A stretch of DNA of 64,000 nt from Bacteroidales bacterium (GTDB taxonomy: Bacteria > Bacteroidota > Bacteroidia > Bacteroidales > 4484-276). The notes under the pieces were generated by a model that saw only the letters and a program-made list of their open reading frames with translations, was not told the DNA's origin and did no database searches. Position 1 is the stretch's first letter. Each line of letters opens with the position of its first letter. The position numbers and the translations under genes were made by a program. This document shows positions 1 through 8,885 of this stretch, one piece after another. Location of the stretch: NCBI GenBank assembly GCA_029934065.1, contig JAOZMX010000001.1:2305-66304 (forward strand). The letters run 5' to 3'.

Positions 1-7
1 CCAATCC

Positions 8-1291
8 CTAAATCATAATAGTTTGCTTGCGGTCGGGGCCCAGCGAAACGATGGAAATCTTAACTCCCGTTTCATTTTCGATAAAACGGATGTAATCGGC
101 CAGAGCATTGGGAATATCCTCTGCGTTGCGAATATGATCAATGGGAGTGTTCCACCCCTCCATTTCGTGATAAACGGGTTTTGCCAGATCGCTTTCGAAA
201 GGATAATGATCAATGGTTTTTCCGTTGATCTGATAAGCTGTGCAAACCTTCAGTTTTTCGAAACCGCTTAAAACATCGCCTTTTGTCATTACCAGGTCGG
301 TAATGCCGTTGAGCATGATGGCATATTTCAGGGCAACCAGGTCGAGCCAGCCGCAACGGCGCGGACGGCCCGTTGTGGAGCCGTATTCGTGTCCCGCATC
401 GCGCATCTTCAGCCCGTCATCGTCATCCAGCTCGGTGGGAAACGGGCCACTGCCCACACGGGTGCAGTAAGCCTTGAAGATACCGAATACCCTTCCGACT
501 TTCGAGGGGGCGATCCCCAACCCGGAGCATACTCCTGCACAAATTGTGTTGGATGATGTAACAAAAGGATAGGAGCCGAAATCAATGTCCAGCATGGTGC
601 CCTGTGCTCCTTCCGCCAAAACGGATTTCCCCGATTCCATTTGCCGGTTGATGAAATGCTCGCTGTCGATCTGTTTGATTTTTTTCAGCGTTGCAAGTGC
701 ATCGAACCACTGTGCTTCGTAAGTCTCGAAATCCAGCCCGTCGATCCTGAATGCTTTGATATCGTAAGGGTAGGATGCGATGATCCTGAAATGTCGTTCT
801 TTGAGCTTGTCGTACTTTTCTTTGAATGCCGTGTCGTTGATTTCTCCCACACGGATGCCCAGACGTGCAACTTTGTCGGTATAGGTTGGCCCGATGCCTT
901 TCAGCGTGGAGCCGATTTTCTGTTTCCCTTTTGAAGTTTCGTAAACCGCATCCAGCAGACGGTGCGAAGGAAGAATCAGATGTGTTTTTTTGGAAATGAG
1001 TAAATTCTGTTCCGGATCAATTCCCTCGGCGTTCAGTTGTTCGATCTCTTTTTTCAGTATGAAAGGATCAATGATCACGCCGTTGCCGATAACGTTGGTT
1101 TTTTCGGGGTAAAAGATCCCCGACGGAATGGTGTGAAGAATGAATTTTTTTTGATCGAATTCGATGGTGTGTCCGGCATTGGGGCCGCCTTGAAACCGGG
1201 CGATCACATCATAACCGGGAGTGAGCACATCAACAACTTTGCCTTTGCCTTCGTCACCCCATTGAACGCCTAAAAGTACGTCTGTTTTCAT
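8..1291 (-). CDS. purA: adenylosuccinate synthetase
   Basis: Carries [12 protein letters not shown] and GGPNAGHT motifs and is full length (~427 aa). I moved the start to the ATG at 1291 ([17 protein letters not shown]); the longer ORF to 1345 overlaps the upstream gene. Confidence 0.95.
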   Translation of the reverse strand: MKTDVLLGVQWGDEGKGKVVDVLTPGYDVIARFQGGPNAGHTIEFDQKKFILHTIPSGIFYPEKTNVIGNGVIIDPFILKKEIEQLNAEGIDPEQNLLISKKTHLILPSHRLLDAVYETSKGKQKIGSTLKGIGPTYTDKVARLGIRVGEINDTAFKEKYDKLKERHFRIIASYPYDIKAFRIDGLDFETYEAQWFDALATLKKIKQIDSEHFINRQMESGKSVLAEGAQGTMLDIDFGSYPFVTSSNTICAGVCSGLGIAPSKVGRVFGIFKAYCTRVGSGPFPTELDDDDGLKMRDAGHEYGSTTGRPRRCGWLDLVALKYAIMLNGITDLVMTKGDVLSGFEKLKVCTAYQINGKTIDHYPFESDLAKPVYHEMEGWNTPIDHIRNAEDIPNALADYIRFIENETGVKISIVSLGPDRKQTIMI

Positions 1292-1773
1292 TGGCTTTTT
1301 CTGGAAAGATTTTTCTTTGGTGTCTTTTTGGGCTTGCCGTTGCAATGACCGTAAAAGGTTAAAGAATGATGTGTGATCTCAACACCAAGCTCTTTTTCAA
1401 CCTGCTCTTTGATCGCAGCAATCCTTGCATCGTAAAACTCCAGCACTTCCCCGTCGTCAAGGCAAACAAAATGGTCGTGCTGCCTGAATTTGAATGACCT
1501 TTCAAACTGTGCGCAGTTGTTGCCGAACTGGTGCTTTGTCACCAGATTGCAATCCAGCAACAGCTCAATGGTGTTGTACAATGTGGCACGGCTGACCCGG
1601 TATTTGTTGTTTTTCATTCTGATATAGAGTGTTTCAATATCAAAATGACCTTCGGTGGCATAAATCTCCCGTAGAATAGTATAACGTTCGGGAGTTTTCC
1701 TGTGACCTTTGCTTTCGAGGTATTCCGTAAAGATTTTTTTTACTGTTTCAAGTGAATCCTGATTCTCTTTCAT
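1288..1773 (-). CDS. Fur-family metalloregulator (Fur/Zur/PerR type not distinguishable)
   Basis: 161 aa with a winged-helix N-terminus ([11 protein letters not shown]...[14 protein letters not shown]) and a HDHFVC...HC metal-site pattern. Its TGA stop overlaps the purA ATG (ATGA). Confidence 0.85.
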   Translation of the reverse strand: MKENQDSLETVKKIFTEYLESKGHRKTPERYTILREIYATEGHFDIETLYIRMKNNKYRVSRATLYNTIELLLDCNLVTKHQFGNNCAQFERSFKFRQHDHFVCLDDGEVLEFYDARIAAIKEQVEKELGVEITHHSLTFYGHCNGKPKKTPKKNLSRKSQ

Positions 1774-1921
1774 CTCCTAAAAAATTTTGCGGTAAAGGTA
1801 TAGAAAAATTTTGTTCAATGGTTATTTAGTATAAATAAAAATTAATTTTTTTATATGCCAAAGGAATATTCTTCTATTCCGGAAGGGTTTTTATTTTGTT
1901 CTTTGCGAAAAGATTAGCCGG

Positions 1922-4132
1922 CTATTTGGGGTTCAAACGACTGATTTTTTTGATCTCTTTGATTTTTCTCATATCGGCAATCAGGTCGTTGAGTTGTTGT
2001 GTGTCGCGAACATAAAGCATGATGGTGCCTTCGGAAACCTCATTGGAACTGTCGAGATGAAAAGACCTGATCTTGAGATGGTGCTTTTTGGAGATGATCT
2101 CGGTAAAATTGTGGATCAATCCCACTTTGTCGATGCTTCGGAATTCGATACCCGCCAGAAACAGAACCGGGTCTTTTTTATTCCATTTTGCTTTGACAAT
2201 CCTGTTGCCGAAGCTCGACATCAGGTCAACGGCATTTTTGCAATTCACCCGGTGGATCATGATGGGATTGTTGGGCATGATCAACCCGATGACATCATCG
2301 CCGGGAATGGGGTTGCAGCATTTGGCGATTTTGTATTCAACCTCTTCCTTCTCACCGAGCAGCACCTCTTCGGGTTTATTCTTTATCTTTTCCCTGATGG
2401 TTTTCGATAACGAAACTTCCGCTTTTTGTTTGCCGAAAGGAATGAGTGAATTCAGCCATGTGTTTTTGCCCGACTTGTGGTAAAAGTTTTTCAGGTGTTG
2501 CCTTGTGAGTGTTCCCACGGCAATTTCATAATACAGGTCGGTTTTGTTGGTCATTTCATTATATTCCATCAGTTGATGAACAAAGTGTTTGCTGAATTCA
2601 ATACCCATTTCCTTGCAATACTTTTTCAGTTTTTCCTTGCCTGCTTCGAAATACTTTTTCTTTTCGGTACGGATGGAGTTCTTGATATGATTTTTAGCCC
2701 GTGAAGTGATCACAAAATCAAGCCATTCTTTTTGTGGTTTTTGTATTTTGGAAGTGATGATCTCCACCTGGTCGCCGCTTTTCAGGACATGGTTGAGCGG
2801 CACGAGTGAGAGGTTGACCTTGGCGCCGATGCTGTGGTTGCCGATCTCGGAGTGGATGTTGTAAGCAAAATCAAGTACCGTAGCACCAACGGGGAGTTTT
2901 TTCATATCTCCTTTGGGCGAAAAGGTGTAAATTTCTTCGGAATAAAGATTGAGCTTGAAATCGTTGAGAAAGCTCAATGCATCGCTGTCGGGGTTTTCAA
3001 ATTGTTCTCGGATACGGAGCAGCCAGCTTTCGATGGCTTTTCCTTCGTCAGCCAGGTTTTTGTAATAATGATGCGAGGCAAATCCCGTTTCGGCAATTTC
3101 GTGCATCCGTTTGGTGCGGATTTGTATTTCCACCCATTTCCCTTCGTTGCTCATCACCGTGAGGTGCAACGCTTCGTAACCGTTGGCTTTGGGTATCGAG
3201 ACCCAGTCGCGTACCCTGTCGTGCTTGGGTTTGTAAATGTCGGTGATCAGCGAATAGACCATCCAGCAATCCATCTTTTCGGATTTGAATCTCGAATCAA
3301 TGATGATCCTCACGGCAAAAACATCGTAAACATCGTCAAACGAAATATTTTTGCTTTGCATCTTCTGCCTGATGGAATAAATGGATTTTACACGGATGTT
3401 GATGTTGAAAGGAATGTCGTGTCCGGCCAGTTGTTTTTTGATGGGATAAATAAAACGGTTGATGAACTTTTCGCGGTCGCGGGCCGTTTTTTCGAGCTGT
3501 TGCCGGATGTGTTCGTAAATTTCAGGCTCCGTATATTTTAGCGAAAGATCTTCCAGCTCGGTTTTGATGTTGTAAAGTCCCATGCGGTAAGCCAGCGGGG
3601 CATAAAGCACCAGCGTTTCGGAAGCGATCTTCAATTGCTTTGTACGGGCCATGTGGTTCAACGTACGCATGTTGTGCAGGCGGTCGGCAAGCTTGATGAG
3701 GATAACGCGCATGTCCTTGGCCAGTGCCAGCATCATTTTTTTGAAATATTCGGCTTGTATCGAGCGGGTTTCGTCATCAAAAATTCCTTTGATCTTGGTC
3801 ACTCCTCCAACGATCAATGCCACCTGCGGGTTGAACAACTTTTCGATATCTTCCAGCGTGTATTCGGTATCTTCCACCACGTCGTGCAACAGGGCACACA
3901 CAATGGAAGTTGCATCCAGCCGCATGTCTTTGGCGCAGATGTAAGCTACCTCGATGGGGTGGTACACATAGGGCTCGCCCGACAGCCGGCGCATGTCGCC
4001 ATGCGCTTCCACCGCCAGGTCGAAAGCCTTTCGTACCATTGCTTTTTCAGCTTCGCTGACAGGGCTTTTCCATACCCTCAACAAATTCCGGTACTTGTTG
4101 GCAATAATTCGTTTTTCCTCTTCCGAATACAT
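1922..4132 (-). CDS. spoT: bifunctional (p)ppGpp synthetase/hydrolase, RelA/SpoT homologue
   Basis: 736 aa. Has the HD hydrolase motif (LLHDVVEDT), a RelA/SpoT synthetase region (GYEALHLTV), and TGS and ACT-like C-terminal regions. Confidence 0.95.
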   Translation of the reverse strand: MYSEEEKRIIANKYRNLLRVWKSPVSEAEKAMVRKAFDLAVEAHGDMRRLSGEPYVYHPIEVAYICAKDMRLDATSIVCALLHDVVEDTEYTLEDIEKLFNPQVALIVGGVTKIKGIFDDETRSIQAEYFKKMMLALAKDMRVILIKLADRLHNMRTLNHMARTKQLKIASETLVLYAPLAYRMGLYNIKTELEDLSLKYTEPEIYEHIRQQLEKTARDREKFINRFIYPIKKQLAGHDIPFNINIRVKSIYSIRQKMQSKNISFDDVYDVFAVRIIIDSRFKSEKMDCWMVYSLITDIYKPKHDRVRDWVSIPKANGYEALHLTVMSNEGKWVEIQIRTKRMHEIAETGFASHHYYKNLADEGKAIESWLLRIREQFENPDSDALSFLNDFKLNLYSEEIYTFSPKGDMKKLPVGATVLDFAYNIHSEIGNHSIGAKVNLSLVPLNHVLKSGDQVEIITSKIQKPQKEWLDFVITSRAKNHIKNSIRTEKKKYFEAGKEKLKKYCKEMGIEFSKHFVHQLMEYNEMTNKTDLYYEIAVGTLTRQHLKNFYHKSGKNTWLNSLIPFGKQKAEVSLSKTIREKIKNKPEEVLLGEKEEVEYKIAKCCNPIPGDDVIGLIMPNNPIMIHRVNCKNAVDLMSSFGNRIVKAKWNKKDPVLFLAGIEFRSIDKVGLIHNFTEIISKKHHLKIRSFHLDSSNEVSEGTIMLYVRDTQQLNDLIADMRKIKEIKKISRLNPK

Positions 4133-4163
4133 TTCTGTTGTTTCTTTTTTTTGCCGAAAGTTG

Positions 4164-4171
4164 CAAAGTTA
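4164..4171 (-). promoter_or_regulatory. Bacteroidota -7 box TAacTTTG upstream of the RelA/SpoT gene
   Basis: The minus strand reads TAACTTTG, 32 nt upstream of the ATG at 4132. It matches the TAnnTTTG consensus for sigma-A(Bfr)-type promoters. Confidence 0.45.
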
Positions 4172-4300
4172 GCCATTATAACCGTTTAACGCGTCATCAA
4201 TTTGTATCATTATTTGAAAAATTATCGTTATCTGAAAAAAGCCTGTCCTAAAATTTTCCGAATTAAAAAAGAAAAAGAGCGGCGGGATAACTAATTTATT

Positions 4301-4308
4301 TAATTTTG
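4301..4308 (+). promoter_or_regulatory. -7 box TAatTTTG upstream of the T9SS type-B cargo gene
   Basis: TAATTTTG lies 36 nt upstream of the ATG at 4344. Confidence 0.45.
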
Positions 4309-4343
4309 AATCGCCGGTCAAAAGTAGCCGGTAACCACGAAAA

Positions 4344-6938
4344 ATGAAAAAAAGTTTACTCGTACTGGTCATGTCTCTTATCGGGTTTTCCCCGCTCTAT
4401 GCAACACATCAGCGGGCGGGGGAAATTACCTACAAAGCGCTGGGGGAACTGACCTATGAGTTTACAATCGTGACTTACACCTACACCCCAAGCCCTGCCG
4501 ACCGTCCGCAACTGGAGCTTGACTGGGGCGACGGTACTTCTTCGGTGGTTCCCAGGACCGAAAAGATCAATTATCCCAACAACATCAGCCGCAATGTGTA
4601 TGCCGGTGCCGTCCATGTATTTCCCGGACAAGGGACTTATGTCATTTCTCTGGAAGACCCCAACAGAAACTATGGTGTGCTGAACATTCCCAATTCGGTC
4701 AACGTGCCGTTTTTTATCCAAACCGAACTTGTGATCAATCCTTTTCTCGGGCCCAACAATTCGGTGGAATTGCTGGCGCCACCCATCGACAACGGATGTG
4801 TCAATTCGCTTTATCTGCACAATCCGGGGGCTTACGATTCGGACGGTGACAGTATCTCGTACAAGCTTGTTGATTGCCGTGGGGCATTCGGACTTCCCAT
4901 CCCCGGCTATGTTTTGCCCAATCAGGTGAATACAACGGTGCCGACAACATTTTCCATTGACCCCGTTACCGGGACAATCCTTTGGGATAAACCGATCATG
5001 CAGGGAGAATACAACATTGCCTTTTTAATCGAAGAGTGGCGCAGCGGTGTCCGCATCGGCTATGTAACGCGGGACATGCAGATCACCATCATCCCGTGCG
5101 ATAATCATCCGCCGGTCATTGCTCCTGTCAACGATACGTGTGTCATGGCGGGCGAAACGCTGACATTTACCGTTTCGGCAACCGACCCCGATGATGACGA
5201 GCTGGTGATCAGGGCGCTGGGCGGGCCTTTGGTGCTGGAAGATCATCCCGCATCGTTTCCGCCGGCCATGGGTCAGGGAACGGTATCGTCAACTTTTACA
5301 TGGAATACCATTTGTCCGCAGGTGCAACAACAGCCTTATCAGGTGGTGTTTACGGCCAGGGATACTTTCAGTTTTCCCCAACTTGCCGATATTAAAACCG
5401 TTAACATTACCGTCATCAGCCCACCCCCCGGGAATCCCGGTGCAACACCCGCCGGTAATTCAATTTACTTAAGCTGGGACAGGGCTTTATGTGACAAAGC
5501 CATCGGTTATGAAATTTACCGCCGCGACGGATTTTACGGTTTTGTGCCCGGAGTCTGCGAAACCGGTGTGCCCGAATATACCGGTTATGTTAAAATTGGA
5601 TACAACGAAGGGATTACCGATACTACGTTTACCGACGATAACAACGGAAACGGCCTGATACACGGAATCGATTACTGTTATATGATCGTAACGACATTTG
5701 CCGACGGAGCGGTAAGTTATGCTTCCGAAGAGGTATGTGCCAGCCTGCGAAAAGATGCTCCCATCATCACCAATGTGTCGGTGGAAAAAACAGGAAAAAC
5801 AGATGGAAAGATCTACGTGGCTTGGTCGAAACCGACGGAATTTGATACGTTGCTGTTCCCTCCCCCTTACAGGTATGTCATCAACAGGGCGGACAACAGT
5901 CAGCCTTCATCCTTCGTTAAAGTGGATTCCACCAACAGCATCAACGATACCACTTACATTAATACGGGATTGAATACCAAAGAAACGGTTTATATTTACA
6001 GAATTGATTTTTATAGTGTTGCGTCAGGCCAACGTTATTTTGTCGGGTCAACGCAACGGGCCAAATCAATGCATCTGAAATTAAGTCCTTCGGACAATTC
6101 CATGCAATTGAACTGGAATGTAAATGTTCCCTGGAGCAACCAGTATTATACAATTTTTAGAAAGGATCCCGGAACCACCGTTTACGACTCGGTTGGTTTC
6201 AGCAATGAACCCGGTTATTTTGACAATGAAGTCATCAACGGACAGCAATATTCTTATTTCATCCGTGCTTTCGGGAAGTATTCTACCGGCGGGCTTGTTG
6301 ATCCCATCATCAATCTTTCGCAAATCGCAACAGGTATTCCGGTTGACAATGTGCCGCCGTGTGCGCCCCAACTTTCGGTGACCACCGAATGTGATGCTAC
6401 GCAAAATATTCTCACCTGGGTCAATCCTTCGGGGTGTCCTGTGGATATTGCCAAATATTACATTTACTATGCGCCGGTTGAAAATCAGGACCTGACGATC
6501 ATCGACTCAATTAATGATCCGGAGGTAAAAACTTTTAGACATACCGGTCTTTCCTCCATTGCAGGATGTTACAGCGTTACGGCTGTTGATTCCGTTGGAA
6601 ATCAAAGTGAATTTAGCAATACGATTTGCATCAGCATCAGCGAATGTTCGTTGTACAGTTTGCCCAATGTATTCACGCCCAACGGCGACGGCATCAATGA
6701 TTATTTTCATGCTTATCCTTATACATCGGTTGACCGCATTGAACTCCGGATTTTCAACCGTTGGGGGAGGGTGGTGTACGAAACGTCCGATCCCGCTTTT
6801 AAATGGGACGGAAAGAACAAAAACAACAACAGCATTTGTTCTACCGGAGCTTATTTTTATGTGTGTGATGTTTACGAAATTGGGCTGGAAGGTCTTACCA
6901 AAAGAACCATTACAGGCTCGGTGTCCATTTTCAGATAA
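4344..6938 (+). CDS. large secreted adhesin-like protein with T9SS type-B (gliding-motility-associated) C-terminal sorting domain
   Basis: 864 aa with a signal peptide and an N-terminal ATHQRAGEITY motif. The C-terminus (LPNVFTPNGDGINDYF...FNRWGRVVYE...WDGK...GAYFYV) is the type-B CTD signature. Confidence 0.85.
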   Translation: MKKSLLVLVMSLIGFSPLYATHQRAGEITYKALGELTYEFTIVTYTYTPSPADRPQLELDWGDGTSSVVPRTEKINYPNNISRNVYAGAVHVFPGQGTYVISLEDPNRNYGVLNIPNSVNVPFFIQTELVINPFLGPNNSVELLAPPIDNGCVNSLYLHNPGAYDSDGDSISYKLVDCRGAFGLPIPGYVLPNQVNTTVPTTFSIDPVTGTILWDKPIMQGEYNIAFLIEEWRSGVRIGYVTRDMQITIIPCDNHPPVIAPVNDTCVMAGETLTFTVSATDPDDDELVIRALGGPLVLEDHPASFPPAMGQGTVSSTFTWNTICPQVQQQPYQVVFTARDTFSFPQLADIKTVNITVISPPPGNPGATPAGNSIYLSWDRALCDKAIGYEIYRRDGFYGFVPGVCETGVPEYTGYVKIGYNEGITDTTFTDDNNGNGLIHGIDYCYMIVTTFADGAVSYASEEVCASLRKDAPIITNVSVEKTGKTDGKIYVAWSKPTEFDTLLFPPPYRYVINRADNSQPSSFVKVDSTNSINDTTYINTGLNTKETVYIYRIDFYSVASGQRYFVGSTQRAKSMHLKLSPSDNSMQLNWNVNVPWSNQYYTIFRKDPGTTVYDSVGFSNEPGYFDNEVINGQQYSYFIRAFGKYSTGGLVDPIINLSQIATGIPVDNVPPCAPQLSVTTECDATQNILTWVNPSGCPVDIAKYYIYYAPVENQDLTIIDSINDPEVKTFRHTGLSSIAGCYSVTAVDSVGNQSEFSNTICISISECSLYSLPNVFTPNGDGINDYFHAYPYTSVDRIELRIFNRWGRVVYETSDPAFKWDGKNKNNNSICSTGAYFYVCDVYEIGLEGLTKRTITGSVSIFR

Positions 6939-7101
6939 TACTGCGACAACCTTACCCTTCCCTGTTATTGCCATGATGATTTCTTGTTTTTCAGCGAAAA
7001 AACAAATTGAGTTTAATGTGATAACCAGCATGGTAATACATGCTAATATTAAAATATTATAAAACATTTTTATGATTCGTTTTGTATTAAAAATTAATTA
7101 A

Positions 7102-7109
7102 TACCTTTG
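7102..7109 (+). promoter_or_regulatory. -7 box TAccTTTG upstream of the DUF1573 gene
   Basis: TACCTTTG lies 28 nt upstream of the ATG at 7137. Confidence 0.5.
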
Positions 7110-7136
7110 CCTTATAAATCATTAAAATATCAAATT

Positions 7137-7703
7137 ATGAAAAGGTCTTTATTAGCATTAGTTGTAATAGCTTTTGTTTCCTTTTCTTTGAGCGCACAGG
7201 TTAGCAGCAGCAATAAAAGTGCAACTGCCAAATCTGTTGAGCAGCAAAAGATAGAGAAGCAAAAGCTTGAAAAGGAAGGGGCTGCGAAGACGCAGGTGCA
7301 GAGCCCTCAAGTTGAAAACCCAAATGCACCTGTTATCACATTCAATGAAACAGTTCATGATTATGGAACCATCGAGCAGTATGCAGACGGTAATTGTGAA
7401 TTTGTGTTTACCAACACAGGAAAGGAACCGTTAATCCTTTCCAAGGTGAAGGCGAGTTGAGGGTGCACTATTCCAGCATGGCCAAGGCAGCCTGTATTAC
7501 CCGGTCATACAGATACCATCAAGGTAAAATATGACACCAAAAGGGTTGGAACAATCAATAAGACAATTCACGTTTACTCTAATGCAAAGAATGCTTCCGT
7601 TACTTTAAGAATCAAAGGAAAAGTATTTGCAAAACCTAAAGCCGTAGTACCTGAAAAATCACTTGAAAACACAGGTGCTCCTGTAAACAAAGGAAAAAAA
7701 TAA
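7137..7703 (+). pseudogene. DUF1573 family secreted protein interrupted by a single in-frame TGA (7458-7460)
   Basis: Has a signal peptide (MKRSLLALVVIAFVSFSLSAQ) and the first half of the domain (HDYGTIEQ...FVFTNTGKEPLILSKVKAS). After the TGA the same frame stays open to the TAA at 7701-7703 and encodes the conserved second half (GCTIPAWP...PGHTDTIKVKYDTKRVGTINKTIHVYSNA). Confidence 0.7.
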
Positions 7704-7727
7704 GCATTTTTAATTGCTTACAAAAAA

Positions 7728-7779
7728 TACCGCCGATTCATCAAAGGATTTTCACTTTATGAATCGGCGGTATTTTTTT
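7728..7779 (+). terminator. rho-independent terminator after the DUF1573 gene
   Basis: A perfect 14-bp stem (TACCGCCGATTCAT ... ATGAATCGGCGGTA) is followed by TTTTTTT. Confidence 0.75.
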
Positions 7780-7816
7780 GTTTAATGAATATCCACTCAT
7801 TTAAAGTATTGAGAAA

Positions 7817-7854
7817 ATAAAAAAACGGAGCAGGTTTTTTACTGCTCCGTTTTT
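7817..7854 (-). terminator. rho-independent terminator after gap
   Basis: A 9-bp stem (ACGGAGCAG / CTGCTCCGT, 7825-7850) is followed by a T-rich run on the minus strand. It sits 30 nt downstream of the gap stop. Confidence 0.65.
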
Positions 7855-7880
7855 AATTATTTGAAAATGATCAATTCTGA

Positions 7881-8885
7881 TCAATCGTCAAAGGTCATGA
7901 TCTTGGAGATCAGATCAACCACGCGGTTTGAATAGCCCCATTCGTTGTCGTACCAGTTAAGTGTTTTCACAAAACGTTTACCGATCACTTTGGTATATTC
8001 CGAATCGTAAATGGAAGAATAGGAATTTCCCACAATATCCGATGAAACGATCTTATCTTCGGAATAAAGCAGGACATTTTTCATCTTCTCGGTTGATGCA
8101 GCCAGTCTGACGGCGGCATTCACATCGGCAAGGGTAATGTCTTTGCTGACTTCAACGAACAGATCTACGACCGAACCGTCCGGGACGGGCACACGTGAAG
8201 CCATGCCGTCGAGTTTTCCGTCGAGTTCGGGAATTACTTTGCCAACGGCTTTTGCTGCTCCCGTGGTAGTGGGGATGATGTTTTCGGCGGCAGCGCGGCC
8301 ACGTCGCCAGTCTTTGTGCGGCACGTCGGCAAGGCGCTGGTCGTTGGTGTAGGCATGGGTGGTTGTCATCAACCCTTCCACAATGCCGAAAGCATCGTTG
8401 AGCACTTTGGCCATCGGTGCCAGACAGTTGGTTGTACAACTGGCGTTGGAGATGATCCGGTGTTCGGGCCTCAACTCCTCATCGTTGACTCCGATGACGA
8501 TGGTTGCATCAATTTCGTCCTTGGCGGGAACCGTAAGAATTACCCGTTTGGCTCCGGCATCAAGATGTGGCTGCAAACTCTCGCGGGTACGGAATACACC
8601 GGTTGCTTCCACCACAATGTCGATCTTCAGCTCCTTCCAGGGATATTTTGTCCGGTCTTTCACCGTCAGCATTTTTACTTTTTCGTTGGGTGTGATCAGG
8701 TAATCATCCTTCAGGTAGATTTTCTGACCGAAGCTGCTCATCACCGTGTCGTATTTCAACAGATAAGCCAGTACTTTATCATCATACAGGTCGTTGATGG
8801 CGATCACATCAATATCTTCTCTTTGGTTGAGGATTCTGAATACCGATCTTCCGATACGTCCGAAACCGTTTATTGCTACTCTCAT
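7881..8885 (-). CDS. gap: type I glyceraldehyde-3-phosphate dehydrogenase
   Basis: 334 aa with NGFGRIGR, the active-site SNASCTTNCLAP, TTTGAAKAV, ASRVPVPDGSVVDL and WYDNEWGYSNR. Confidence 0.95.
   Translation of the reverse strand: MRVAINGFGRIGRSVFRILNQREDIDVIAINDLYDDKVLAYLLKYDTVMSSFGQKIYLKDDYLITPNEKVKMLTVKDRTKYPWKELKIDIVVEATGVFRTRESLQPHLDAGAKRVILTVPAKDEIDATIVIGVNDEELRPEHRIISNASCTTNCLAPMAKVLNDAFGIVEGLMTTTHAYTNDQRLADVPHKDWRRGRAAAENIIPTTTGAAKAVGKVIPELDGKLDGMASRVPVPDGSVVDLFVEVSKDITLADVNAAVRLAASTEKMKNVLLYSEDKIVSSDIVGNSYSSIYDSEYTKVIGKRFVKTLNWYDNEWGYSNRVVDLISKIMTFDD

Noticed and set aside
1292-1345. An 18-codon N-terminal extension of purA ([18 protein letters not shown]).
   Set aside because: It lies wholly inside the Fur-family gene. 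PurA homologues begin right at the conserved [18 protein letters not shown] segment, which matches the ATG at 1291.
6507-7067. Overlapping 167-186-aa ORFs on both strands at the 3' end of the type-B T9SS gene.
   Set aside because: They overlap the well-supported CTD-coding region (NVFTPNGDGINDYF...) and have no features of their own.
7461-7505. A SECIS-like hairpin downstream of the in-frame TGA in the DUF1573 gene.
   Set aside because: Only weak pairings are possible (GGC/GCC at 3 bp, and GGGUG with UUACCC at ~5 bp including a wobble). Nothing resembles a bacterial SECIS stem with a G-containing apical loop at the right distance. The Sec hypothesis is kept only as a low-probability alternative in the findings.
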